This document shows, in pieces, positions 38,428 to 47,770 of a stretch of 64,000 nucleotides of DNA; position 1 is the first letter of the stretch, and each line of letters starts with the position of its first letter. The translations under genes were made by a program, and so were the position numbers. The notes under the pieces were generated by a model. That model did not search any database. It saw nothing but the letters and a program-made list of their open reading frames with translations, and was not told the DNA's origin. The stretch spans positions 64,001-128,000 of the forward strand of contig JBGAJQ010000006.1 in the NCBI GenBank assembly GCA_044224875.1, written 5' to 3'. The stretch is from Gemmatimonadaceae bacterium (lineage in GTDB: Bacteria > Gemmatimonadota > Gemmatimonadetes > Gemmatimonadales > Gemmatimonadaceae).

Positions 38428-39830
38428 CAATCCTCCACCACGTGGCTCTTGAACACCTGTCGGTGTTTCGCCCACTGTCCAATGTCGAACTTGCCGTCTC
38501 GCAACGAGTCGACGGCGCAATACGCCATGTAGAGCGCGTGGTGCGTGTTATCGTGGGCAAACAACCCCTGCCGGCCATACACCAACAAGTTGCGATGGCT
38601 CGCCGCCCAGTCATCGAGGACGCCAAGCGGTTTCTCGTAGCCGTTCTGGTAGATCGGATACGCTTGCCCGAGTCGCCTGACATGCACGTCGATCGGTTGC
38701 TTGGGCGCCGGGATCCCCGCGGTTTCCATGTCCCTCAACATGATCGCCGCCAGTTGATCGTCGGTGGCTGACCAGAGTTCATCCCCAATGGCGCACGGAT
38801 ACTCGCCACAGAGCACGGTCGTGCCCACCGGCTCACCCAACCCAAAGTAGTTCTTCGGCTCGGAGAGACGTGTCACACGGACATTGGCTTCCGGGAAGTA
38901 ATGGGCGTCGGTGGTCGTGAACTGATTCACCGGCAGCTGCAAATACACCAGCACCATCGCTCGATAGTCGATCTGCTTGGCTGCATCCAGCACGGACTGC
39001 GGGGCCGACGGCGTCATCATCTTCGCCAGCACGGTGATCGGGATGGTTGACCAGATGTGGTCAGCCAGCAACGTGCGCGTCTCGCCGCCCTGCGTTGCTG
39101 TGACCTTCCACTTGTAGCCATCCTCCTTGGTCGGCTCAACGCCGGTCGCTCCCCACCCCGTCAGGATCTCCGCGCCTAACGACCGCGCCGAATCGGCGTA
39201 CACGTCGCTGATCTGGCCGTACCCCTTCCGCATGTAGTAGAAGTTGCCGCCGCCAGGCGGCTTGATCAGTCGCTTCAGCAGTTTCCCGAACGAACCCGCC
39301 GATACACGTTTGCGCGCCTGGATACCGGACAGTACCTCAGGCTCCGCGCCCCATAACTTTCTCGCGTAGGGAAAATAGAAGTGGTGGCACATCGTCGGGC
39401 CGAGATTGGCGAGCAACACGGACGAAAACGAGTCGCCCTCATCGGCCTTCCGCAGTTTCCGAATCACCATGTCGCGGGCCATCCCGAACGCAAATCCCTT
39501 GTCCAGCCGCTTCAGCAGGTCCAGCGTCTGTATCGGGAAGTGCAGCCACTTGCCACGCAGCCGAATACGTCCGTGTCGCACTCGATCGCGAAAGTCCTCG
39601 CCTAACATCTGCTTGATGTCGACCAGAATCTCCGGATCCACGGCGTGGTGCAAGCGGTGGCTGCCGTAGTCCAGCCATTGGTTGCCCCAATAGAAGCTTC
39701 CGGCATTGCCGCCGAGCGCCGTTGAACGCTCGAGCAGGGTAACCCGCGCCTTTCTGGTGCGCCGCAACTGATAGGCGGCGCCGCAGCCGGCGGGGCCGCC
39801 GCCGAGAACCACCACATGGCTCTCACGCAT
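38427..39830 (-). CDS. FAD-dependent oxidoreductase (protoporphyrinogen oxidase / UDP-galactopyranose mutase-like)
   Basis: GGGPAG dinucleotide fold, DYGSHR, AYPIY, GRQGLF..DN. Confidence 0.8.
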   Translation of the reverse strand: MRESHVVVLGGGPAGCGAAYQLRRTRKARVTLLERSTALGGNAGSFYWGNQWLDYGSHRLHHAVDPEILVDIKQMLGEDFRDRVRHGRIRLRGKWLHFPIQTLDLLKRLDKGFAFGMARDMVIRKLRKADEGDSFSSVLLANLGPTMCHHFYFPYARKLWGAEPEVLSGIQARKRVSAGSFGKLLKRLIKPPGGGNFYYMRKGYGQISDVYADSARSLGAEILTGWGATGVEPTKEDGYKWKVTATQGGETRTLLADHIWSTIPITVLAKMMTPSAPQSVLDAAKQIDYRAMVLVYLQLPVNQFTTTDAHYFPEANVRVTRLSEPKNYFGLGEPVGTTVLCGEYPCAIGDELWSATDDQLAAIMLRDMETAGIPAPKQPIDVHVRRLGQAYPIYQNGYEKPLGVLDDWAASHRNLLVYGRQGLFAHDNTHHALYMAYCAVDSLRDGKFDIGQWAKHRQVFKSHVVED

Positions 39831-40830
39831 GCGACACCTCGGCGCGTGCCGCCAGCAACCTCGCTTCGTGATCGGCGTACCACCGGACAGTCGCCGCGAG
39901 ACCTTCTTCCGTCGTGTGCAACGGGTGCCAGTTCATCCGCGTGCGTGCCTTGCTGCAATCGAGGTACTGCCGCGGGATTTCGTTCGTGGCGTTGTTGAGC
40001 ACCGTGAGCGGAAGGTCCTCACGGCCCATGACGCGCAACACCATCTGTGCCATTTCGATGACGGACAGGGGCGTTTCCGTCCCGAAATTGAACGGCTCAC
40101 CGGTGAACCCGTCGCTTGGGATGCGCTCCGCCAGCTGCAAGTACGCATCGACCGCGTCATGAACGTAGAAGTAGTCCCGGACGAACGAACCATCCGATCG
40201 GATCACGGGCGATTCGCCCCGCAACGCCGAGCGGATAGTGCCAGGGATCAGGCGGTTGAAGTTCAAGTCGCCGCCGCCGTACAGATTGCCACAGCGGGTG
40301 ACGGCGATGGGCACGCGAAAGGCATGATAGTACGACTGGGCAATCAAGTCGGCGCACGATTTCGACACATCGTAAGGGAACCGGCCGATCAACGGCGCAT
40401 CCTCCGTGTAGGGCAGCCGCTCGTGCGCCCCGTACGCCTTGTCGCTGGAAGCCACGATGACGCGTTCCACGCGACTCCCGCACTGGCGTGCGGCTTCCAT
40501 CACCGTCCACGTGCCCTTGATGTTCGCCTCGAATGTCGACAGTGCGGAGCGATTGGCCGTCCCGACGATGGTTTGGGCGCCGAGATGAAAGACCGTGTCG
40601 ATCTCATACTCGTTCAGGGCGCGCAGCATCAACTCGAAGTCTTCGAGCTCCCCGCGCACCAGCCGGCAACGGTTGAGCGATCCGGCATTGACCGACTCCG
40701 AGTCCGGCACCCAATCGCGCACCAGGGCCGTCACCGTCGCACCACGTCGCAGCAGTTCGGCGATCATATGCGAACCGAGAAGCCCGGTTGCACCCGTCAC
40801 GAACACCCGACGGCTATTCCAAAAGTTCAT
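39823..40830 (-). CDS. rfbG: CDP-glucose 4,6-dehydratase-like SDR
   Basis: FW..RRVFVTGATGLLG, SSDKAY, YDVSK, GNLYGGGD..RLIP; directly downstream of rfbF. Confidence 0.72.
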   Translation of the reverse strand: MNFWNSRRVFVTGATGLLGSHMIAELLRRGATVTALVRDWVPDSESVNAGSLNRCRLVRGELEDFELMLRALNEYEIDTVFHLGAQTIVGTANRSALSTFEANIKGTWTVMEAARQCGSRVERVIVASSDKAYGAHERLPYTEDAPLIGRFPYDVSKSCADLIAQSYYHAFRVPIAVTRCGNLYGGGDLNFNRLIPGTIRSALRGESPVIRSDGSFVRDYFYVHDAVDAYLQLAERIPSDGFTGEPFNFGTETPLSVIEMAQMVLRVMGREDLPLTVLNNATNEIPRQYLDCSKARTRMNWHPLHTTEEGLAATVRWYADHEARLLAARAEVSHA

Positions 40831-41603
40831 GTCCAGATCTTCCAAGGGGCCTGACCGCTCACCCACAGGTGCTCGAGCAGGTCGCGTTCACGCAGGGTAT
40901 CCATCGGCTGAAAGAAGCCGGGATGCAGGTACGCTTGCAGCTCGCCGTCGGCTGCAAGCCGCTCGAGCGGCTCGCGCTCGAGAATGGTCTCGTCACCCTT
41001 CAAGTAGTCAAAGATTCCCGGCTCGAATACAAAGAAGCCGCCGTTGATCCACCCACCCTCCGCCTGTGGCTTTTCCGAGAACCGGCGTACGACCGTGCCA
41101 TCGAGGGCCAGTCCGCCGAAACGGGCCGGAGGACGCACGCCGGTGACCGTGGCCAGCTTGCCGTGCGACCGGTGGAACTCGAGCAGCGACGCCACATTGG
41201 CGTCCGACAGGCCGTCTCCATACGTACACATGAACGTGGATCCGCCTAACAAGGAGCGCAGGCGACGCACCCGGCCGCCGGTCATGGTGTCGAGGCCCGT
41301 GTCAACGACCGACACACGCCAGTCCAACTTGCTGCCGTTCAAGACGGTCATGGACCCGTCGCGAAGGTCGATGCGAAAGTCGCTCTCATGGAGGACGATG
41401 TTGCGGAAGTACTCCTTGATCATTTCGCCCTTGTAGCCGCAGGCCACCACGAAGTCCTTGAAGCCCTGTGCGGCGTAGAACGCCATCAGGTGCCACAGGA
41501 TTGGCCGCCCGCCGATCTCGACCATCGGCTTGGGCCGCGTCTGCGTTTCCTCGGCTAGGCGCGTTCCTCGTCCACCCGCCAGAATGACGACCTGCATGGT
41601 CAT
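40827..41603 (-). CDS. rfbF: Glucose-1-phosphate cytidylyltransferase
   Basis: ILAGGRGTRLAEET..RPKPMVEIGGRPILWH, DTGLDTMTGGR, YGDG, WINGGFF, MDTLRE; start ATG 41603. Confidence 0.93.
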   Translation of the reverse strand: MTMQVVILAGGRGTRLAEETQTRPKPMVEIGGRPILWHLMAFYAAQGFKDFVVACGYKGEMIKEYFRNIVLHESDFRIDLRDGSMTVLNGSKLDWRVSVVDTGLDTMTGGRVRRLRSLLGGSTFMCTYGDGLSDANVASLLEFHRSHGKLATVTGVRPPARFGGLALDGTVVRRFSEKPQAEGGWINGGFFVFEPGIFDYLKGDETILEREPLERLAADGELQAYLHPGFFQPMDTLRERDLLEHLWVSGQAPWKIWT

Positions 41604-42877
41604 ATGACCCGAGGTGATGGAATGGGGAGGATGAACCGGCCGCCGCGTTCCTGGTACTGGTGCTGCTGGCGGACAATCTCGTCGGCAAAATTCCAGGCGA
41701 GAATCAGGACATAATCCGGCATGCGCGTGAGCAGCGTCTCTACGGGGAGCACCGGGATGTGCATCCCCGGCGTCATCGTGCCCACCTTCAGCGGATTTCG
41801 GTCCACGGTATATGGCAGGAGCGCCGTGTCCACGCCGCAATAGTTCAATAGCGTGTTGCCCTTCGCCGGTGCCCCGTATCCCGCCACCGTACGCCCGTCG
41901 CTCCGCAGTTGCTCCAACAACAAACGCAACGCGGTCTTGTTTTCTGCCGCCGCTCGTCCAAAAGCTTCCCAGGCGGCAAACATCGTCAGCCCAATCTTGC
42001 GCTCCTCCGCCATCATCGCTTCGACGCTCTCCGCATTTGGCACGTCCTTCGCGAACCACACGCGGATGGTGCCGCCGTGCACCGGCATGCGGTCCACGCG
42101 CACGACGCCGAGACCGACCTCGCGCCCCAGCCGGGCCAACGACGTGATCGAGAAGTAGCACAGGTGCTCGTGATACACGGTGTCGTACTCACGGCGGTCG
42201 AGCATGTCCTGGGCATACGGCACCTCGACGATGATCCGCCCAGTGTCGGAAATCAGCGAGCGGGCGCCGTCCAGGAAATCGCGCGTCTTGTCCACGTGGG
42301 CGAGCACGTTGTTGCCGATCACTGCCTGGGCAGCGCCGTACTTCTCCCGCACGGCTTTGGCCGTGGCACTGTTGAAGAATTCGTTGACGGTGTCGATGCC
42401 GCGAGCGCGCGCCATTTCCGCGATGTTTCGCGCTGGCTCCACGCCCAGCGTTCGTACGCCGTGTCCCGTGAAGCAGGTCAACAGGGAGCCATCGTTACTC
42501 GCAATCTCCACCACGAGATCCGCGGGGCCTAACGACAGCTGCTCCACCACCGCCTGCGCGTACTTCACGTTGTGGGCGGCGATCGTCTCCGACGTGCCGG
42601 TCACGTAGATGTAGTGGCCGAACAGCACCTCGGGGTCGATAACGTCCGCGAGTTGCACCAGTGAACATGTCTCGCAGAAGTAGACGTCGAGTGGGAAGAA
42701 CTGCTCCTGGGCGATCTCGGCCTTGGTGCGGAGGAACGCGTTGGCGAGTGGCTGATTACCTAACGCCAAGAAGGGACGAAGCGACGCCACACCACACGCA
42801 CGACACTGCGTCCGCCGGTGATGAACACCGGCGGGAGCGCCAGACTGCGCACCGGTTCCCGGGATTGACGTGGTCAT
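41600..42877 (-). CDS. NDP-hexose 3-C-methyltransferase (Zn-binding N-terminus, SAM domain, C-methyltransferase C-terminus)
   Basis: CRAC...CETC, EIASNDG, YHEHLCYFS, HGG, YGAPAKGNTLLNY, ILAWNF. Confidence 0.88.
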   Translation of the reverse strand: MTTSIPGTGAQSGAPAGVHHRRTQCRACGVASLRPFLALGNQPLANAFLRTKAEIAQEQFFPLDVYFCETCSLVQLADVIDPEVLFGHYIYVTGTSETIAAHNVKYAQAVVEQLSLGPADLVVEIASNDGSLLTCFTGHGVRTLGVEPARNIAEMARARGIDTVNEFFNSATAKAVREKYGAAQAVIGNNVLAHVDKTRDFLDGARSLISDTGRIIVEVPYAQDMLDRREYDTVYHEHLCYFSITSLARLGREVGLGVVRVDRMPVHGGTIRVWFAKDVPNAESVEAMMAEERKIGLTMFAAWEAFGRAAAENKTALRLLLEQLRSDGRTVAGYGAPAKGNTLLNYCGVDTALLPYTVDRNPLKVGTMTPGMHIPVLPVETLLTRMPDYVLILAWNFADEIVRQQHQYQERGGRFILPIPSPRVI

Positions 42878-43674
42878 GGCGTCCCCCCGCGCGTCGTCAA
42901 CGACAATGCCGGACCCAGCGACTGCTCCTTTCGCCACCGGCTGAGCTCACGCGAAAATCGGTAACGCAAGAGGGAACGAAAGAACTCCCAGCACGTCGTC
43001 GCACGCACGTGCGACAGCCCGCTGCCACGCATCCGGGCGAACACGTTGTATTCGAGCACGCGAACACCAAGGTAGTGCGCTTTGATCATGATCTCTGGAT
43101 CGAGGAACCACTGCCGGCTCGTGAGGGACATCCGAAGCACCACTTCGCGCGGCATGATCTTCGGCAAGCCATTGATGTCCAGTGACTCCACGCCAGGCCA
43201 CAGCAGCCGGAAGAACGTGTTGTAGGCGATGGAGACGAACTTCCTGGACATACCATCCATGCGGAATCGCCGTCGCGCCTTCGCGATCACCGGCTCGCCA
43301 CAGGCCACCGCATCCTCGAACAGCCGGACGGCATCCTCAGCGTCCACCTGGCCGTCGGCTGGAATCACACCAATCCAGGGCGCCGAGCAACGAGGGATGC
43401 CGGTCAGGATGCCGTTACCGTATCCGACATTCACGTCCACTCGCTCGAGGACGATGTTCGGATGCTGGGACATCGCCTCGCGAATCAGGTCGCCCGTGCG
43501 ATCCTTCGATCCATTGTCCACCGCTACGAGCTCCAAGGCGATCTCTGCTCGCTCGAAGGCCGCCAGGACGCGCTTGATCGTTTGCGCAACAATCGCTTCC
43601 TCGTTGTAGCACGGCATCACGAGGGAGAGCTCAGGTGTTCGACGTCCCACGACGGGTGCGGTCAACGCGTCCAC
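42874..43674 (-). CDS. GT2, DPM1-like polyprenol-phosphate glycosyltransferase
   Basis: SLVMPCYNEE, VDNGSKD, NVGYG, ADGQ, R.RGSG.S. Confidence 0.85.
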   Translation of the reverse strand: MDALTAPVVGRRTPELSLVMPCYNEEAIVAQTIKRVLAAFERAEIALELVAVDNGSKDRTGDLIREAMSQHPNIVLERVDVNVGYGNGILTGIPRCSAPWIGVIPADGQVDAEDAVRLFEDAVACGEPVIAKARRRFRMDGMSRKFVSIAYNTFFRLLWPGVESLDINGLPKIMPREVVLRMSLTSRQWFLDPEIMIKAHYLGVRVLEYNVFARMRGSGLSHVRATTCWEFFRSLLRYRFSRELSRWRKEQSLGPALSLTTRGGTP

Positions 43675-43699
43675 CGACGGGAATCGTTAGGTACGCACT

Positions 43700-44668
43700 T
43701 CATGCGAAGGGCCGGTAGAGGACGGCGGCGCAATACAGTCCCCACAACACCACGTCCGCCAGCAGCGCCTTGTCTGTCAACAATGTCTCGGCGGGGTTTC
43801 CGCCCTCGCGGCGGTGCACCAGGTACAGGTATCGCAGGACGCCGTACAGCACAAACACCGTGCTGTACGACAGGGCCGAAGATCCGACCTGTCGAGACGT
43901 CTCCGACTCGACCGTATACATGATGTACGACACCACGGTCACCGCCAGCAGGACCACCGACAGCTGGTCCAGGAACGGCATGGTGTACTGCGACAGGACG
44001 GCCCGATGCTCAGCCGATTCGTTGCCTAACAAGACCAGCTCATGCCGGCGCTTGGCAAAACCCAGGTAAAGAGCCAGGAGCCCGCCGCAGAGTAGCAGCC
44101 ACACCGACGGCGTCACTTGTACGGCCGCGGCTCCGGCAAGGATGCGCAACACAAAGAAGGAAGCGATCGCGAATACATCCACGATCACGACCTTCTTGAG
44201 ATACAGGCCGTACAGCACGTTGATCGCGAGGTACGTCACGGCGATCAACCCCACGCTTGGCGAGAGAGTGAACGCCAGGGCCACGGCTCCAAGCAGCAGG
44301 CCGCTCGCCGTGACCAGTGCCGCCACCGGCGATATCAACCCCGATGCGACCGGTCGTAGACGTTTCACCGGGTGCGCCCGATCGGACTCACGGTCGATGA
44401 CATCGTTGAAAGCGTACACCCCGCTCGCCAATACGCAGAACACGGCGAACGCGGCCAGCGCGCGCAGGCCTGAAGCGACGTCGGTGGCTCGTCCAGAAAA
44501 GAGCAGCGGAAGCAAGATGAAGAAGTTCTTCAACCACTGCCGAGGGCGCAGCATCCGGACCCATGCGCCCGCCACGCCGCTGGTCGGCATGGACGCGGCG
44601 TTGGTAACCATGGACGCCGATTGCGTCGCACCCAAGGCGACGTGACGGTCGTTCACGGATTCGGCCAT
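43700..44668 (-). CDS. Decaprenyl-phosphate phosphoribosyltransferase (UbiA prenyltransferase family)
   Basis: RPRQWLKN, YAFNDVIDRESDRAHPVKRLRPVASG, LKKVVIVDV, KRRHEL, LRYLYL..GGNP. Confidence 0.85.
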   Translation of the reverse strand: MAESVNDRHVALGATQSASMVTNAASMPTSGVAGAWVRMLRPRQWLKNFFILLPLLFSGRATDVASGLRALAAFAVFCVLASGVYAFNDVIDRESDRAHPVKRLRPVASGLISPVAALVTASGLLLGAVALAFTLSPSVGLIAVTYLAINVLYGLYLKKVVIVDVFAIASFFVLRILAGAAAVQVTPSVWLLLCGGLLALYLGFAKRRHELVLLGNESAEHRAVLSQYTMPFLDQLSVVLLAVTVVSYIMYTVESETSRQVGSSALSYSTVFVLYGVLRYLYLVHRREGGNPAETLLTDKALLADVVLWGLYCAAVLYRPFA

Positions 44669-44791
44669 GCGTGAGGCAAGTCAGCGCGCAAACAGGTGCG
44701 TCCGGGAGTATGGGGAAGCGGTTTGATCAAATCGCAGAACGTGGTCGCAAGTTCTGTGAACCCGACCATTTCACGCTCAAGAGGCCTCAAA

Positions 44792-44806
44792 AGCAACGAC
44801 GTGCCA
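44792..44806 (-). promoter_or_regulatory. Sigma-54-like -24/-12 element (spacing 1 bp short) upstream of the ubiA-led operon
   Basis: Reverse strand TGGCACGTCGTTGCT (GG-N9-GC). Confidence 0.4.
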
Positions 44807-44859
44807 TGAACTTAGGGCTCGTTCAAGGCAACAAGAAGCACGTTGTTACCTATCGAGTG

Positions 44860-44908
44860 CGTGGCGGATTGGCAACAGGTATGAGACGCCTGTTGCCGCC
44901 TGCCGACA
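44860..44908. promoter_or_regulatory. Pair of TGT-N12-ACA-type enhancer-like sites
   Basis: CGTGGCGGATTGGCAACA (44860-44877) and TGTTGCCGCCTGCCGACA (44891-44908). Confidence 0.5.
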
Positions 44909-45153
44909 GTCCGTCAGCTGAAGTAGCCGAGAGCTGCGCCCCTCTCTCCCCTCCGAGCATGCATGCAGCTGCTTGTCGCGTAACAAGATGTATCGCCACA
45001 CCAACAATTCCGCCGGGACTTCCTCAGGCGGTTCCAACCTTGCATGAACGGAATGCACAACCAGTCAGTTTTTGCCGAGCTCGCGAAACACTGAAGATGT
45101 CAGTTCCTGACCTGGTTTCGCGCTTCTCGTAAGACTTCCCAACTCGCGATCAA

Positions 45154-45732
45154 ATGCTCGCAACGCAGGCAACAGCCGCCGAAAGATCCGTCAATACAAG
45201 ATTCTCACGCGAAAGCGCGAGTCTCTCCGTGGTTCTGCTCTCGTTGGGCAGTCGCAACGAGCTGGAACGGGCGGTCAGTGTTTTAACGCCCTCGCTTCGA
45301 CGCTTTGGGGCGCAGTTGGTGGTGGCGCGTGCAGACGACGACGCGACCGCGCCGGGCTTGAATCAGGATATGCCGGTGTCATTTATCCGGGCTCCTAAAG
45401 GGACCGACCGGGCGGCACTTTGCGATATGGCGATGGCCGCCGCAACGGGCGATATCGTTGCCTTACGCGAAGATACGTCGGTCCGCGACTCCGAGTGGAT
45501 GGAGTCTTTTTCTGGCTCAGTCCGCTCGAGCGGGCCAGTCGAGGCGGTCGTGTCCGACCACGACTTGGTGGCGATCGGCAGGCAGTCGGATTCTCTGACG
45601 GTGGCTGAGCCAACGCCCCGGCCCGAGGCAGGCATCAGCATAGAGCCATCACCAGCGCACAAGACCCGAATCTCGGTCCCGCTTGCGGAGCGACGCTCGG
45701 AGAATCGACGGGTCGTCGCTCGGGACGCCTAG
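45154..45732 (+). CDS. Short degenerate GT2/GT-A-like protein with a disordered C-terminus
   Basis: LSVVLLS, QLVVARAD, AATGDIVALRED..V...WM pattern of the GT-A N-terminal half; no intact DxD. Confidence 0.55.
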   Translation: MLATQATAAERSVNTRFSRESASLSVVLLSLGSRNELERAVSVLTPSLRRFGAQLVVARADDDATAPGLNQDMPVSFIRAPKGTDRAALCDMAMAAATGDIVALREDTSVRDSEWMESFSGSVRSSGPVEAVVSDHDLVAIGRQSDSLTVAEPTPRPEAGISIEPSPAHKTRISVPLAERRSENRRVVARDA

Positions 45733-46242
45733 TTCGGCCGCTGGGTCCGGGAGCACGGCGGACCGGCCTCCAGATCGGTTGCCAACCGCGGGGCGCGATC
45801 TCTCGATGCCGGACACAGTTGCTTCAGCACAACAAGTTGACGTGATCGCGCCCCATACTGTTGCAACACCGTCGATCTCGGCAGTACCCACAGGGCTTGG
45901 CGGCTGGTGCGGCGCCGCTTTGTCCTTACGGACTGTGCTGCAATCACTTGGGCTCCCTGTTGCCGGGGCAGTTCACGTCGAGCAATCGCGTGCGCTTCCA
46001 CCACTAAGGCTTTTTCAACCCGCTGAACGGGCTCCCGCCATAAACCCCACGTCCGAATAAACGCTGAGGTTCTGCTGGTCCCTTTCCTGCTGATATCACG
46101 GTGTCGCTCGGCGAGGTGAGCCGTGGCCGGACAATAGGCAGGTCGTTGCAGTTGCTGGACTTATTCGTCGTCGCAAGGGATCGTCGCGCGAGCTCCATCG
46201 CTCGGTGTCGCTGAGCTAACACACAAGGAAAGGTCTGTAAGC

Positions 46243-47763
46243 GTGAGCCGAACGATAGAAGGGCAGGTGCGGCCTCGTACGGTCGATCAGCTCAAGCCGG
46301 GTGACCGCGTCGTCGTAATTGGCGCCGGACCGGCGGGGCTCACAGCGGCCTACTTGCTCGCCAAGGACGGCGTAAAGGTGACCGTCGTCGAGGCCGATGA
46401 TGTCGTCGGTGGCATCTCGCGCACGGCGCAGTACAATGGGTACCGATTCGACATCGGCGGCCACCGGTTCTTCACCAAGATCGCCCCAGTCGAGGCGCTC
46501 TGGCATGAGATCTTGGGTGAGGACTTCCTCGCAGTCCCGCGCCTGTCGCGCATTCACTACGGCGGAAAGTACTTCGACTATCCCCTAAAGGCGGGCAACG
46601 CGCTCTCTGGGCTCGGTATCTGGAACGCTGGGCTCATTGTTCTCAGCTACCTATGGGCGCACGTCCGCCCGTACCCTGTGGAAGAGACGTTCGAGCAGTG
46701 GGTCTCGAACCGATTCGGTAAGCGCCTTTACCGGATCTTCTTCAAGACGTACACGGAGAAGGTCTGGGGAATTCCGTGCAGTGAGATCCGCGCCGAGTGG
46801 GCCGCGCAGCGGATCCAGGGGTTGTCGCTGGCCAAAGCGATCCTTCACGCCGCGCAGCTTCAGAAGCGATCGGACTCGATCAAGACGCTGATTCATGAGT
46901 TTCAGTATCCACGTTTTGGCCCCGGGCAGATGTGGGAAACGGCGGCCAAGCGCGTTGAGGCGCTTGGCGGCGAAGTCCTCATGCGACATGACGCGGTGAA
47001 GCTGGAGCAACGCAATGGCCGCATTGTCGCTGTCCGCGTGAAAACGCCGGTGGGCGAGCGTCGGATCGAGGGCGATCACTTCATTTCGACCATGCCGATC
47101 CGTCACCTCGTGCGCGCGCTCGATCCGGCGCCGTCCGATTCCGTGCGGGCCGCCGGCGAAGGGCTGAACTACCGCGACTTCCTGACCGTTGCGCTCATGA
47201 TTCGGGAGGAGAACATCTTCCCAGACAACTGGATCTACATCCACACGCCGGGCGTGAAGGTCGGTCGCATCCAGAATTTCAACAACTGGAGCCAGGCGAT
47301 GGTACCGGAGCCAGGTACAACGTGCGTCGGCATGGAGTACTTTTGCTTCGAGGGCGATGGGATGTGGACGAGTCGCGATGAGGACCTGATCGCGATGGCA
47401 AAGGACGAGCTGGCGGCGTTGAATCTCGCGGACAAGAGTCGCATCTTCGACGGCACCGTCGTACGCATGCCAAAGGCATATCCGGTGTACGACTCCGTGT
47501 ATTCCGACCATCTACAGACCGTGCGCGGCCACATTGATCAGGTGACCAACTTGCACACCGTCGGCCGCAACGGCATGCACAAGTACAACAATGCCGACCA
47601 CTCGATGCTCACGGCGATGATGGCGCTGGAGAACATGCGTGGGGCTTCGCATGACGTCTGGTCGGTCAATACCGACTTTGAATACCACGAGGAGCAGCGC
47701 GTCGAGGGGCAGGACAAGGGCAACGCGGCGCCGCCGCCCGCGCGTGCGTCCGCGGGCGCGTGA
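46243..47763 (+). CDS. FAD-dependent oxidoreductase (UDP-galactopyranose mutase / protoporphyrinogen oxidase-like)
   Basis: IGAGPAGLTAA, DIGGHRFFTK, YTEKVWG, WAAQRI, KAYPVYD, GRNGMHKYNNADHSM. Confidence 0.85.
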   Translation: MSRTIEGQVRPRTVDQLKPGDRVVVIGAGPAGLTAAYLLAKDGVKVTVVEADDVVGGISRTAQYNGYRFDIGGHRFFTKIAPVEALWHEILGEDFLAVPRLSRIHYGGKYFDYPLKAGNALSGLGIWNAGLIVLSYLWAHVRPYPVEETFEQWVSNRFGKRLYRIFFKTYTEKVWGIPCSEIRAEWAAQRIQGLSLAKAILHAAQLQKRSDSIKTLIHEFQYPRFGPGQMWETAAKRVEALGGEVLMRHDAVKLEQRNGRIVAVRVKTPVGERRIEGDHFISTMPIRHLVRALDPAPSDSVRAAGEGLNYRDFLTVALMIREENIFPDNWIYIHTPGVKVGRIQNFNNWSQAMVPEPGTTCVGMEYFCFEGDGMWTSRDEDLIAMAKDELAALNLADKSRIFDGTVVRMPKAYPVYDSVYSDHLQTVRGHIDQVTNLHTVGRNGMHKYNNADHSMLTAMMALENMRGASHDVWSVNTDFEYHEEQRVEGQDKGNAAPPPARASAGA

Positions 47764-47770
47764 GCTCGAG

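Noticed and set aside
43700..44668. Ubiquinone/menaquinone prenyltransferase
   Set aside because: QWLKN, HPVKRLRP, KRRHE and RY motifs and the context fit the phosphoribosyltransferase subtype
45859..45868. Perfect palindrome TGTTGCAACA
   Set aside because: Short and single; contains the enhancer half-sites without a spacer, so it cannot be supported as a separate element
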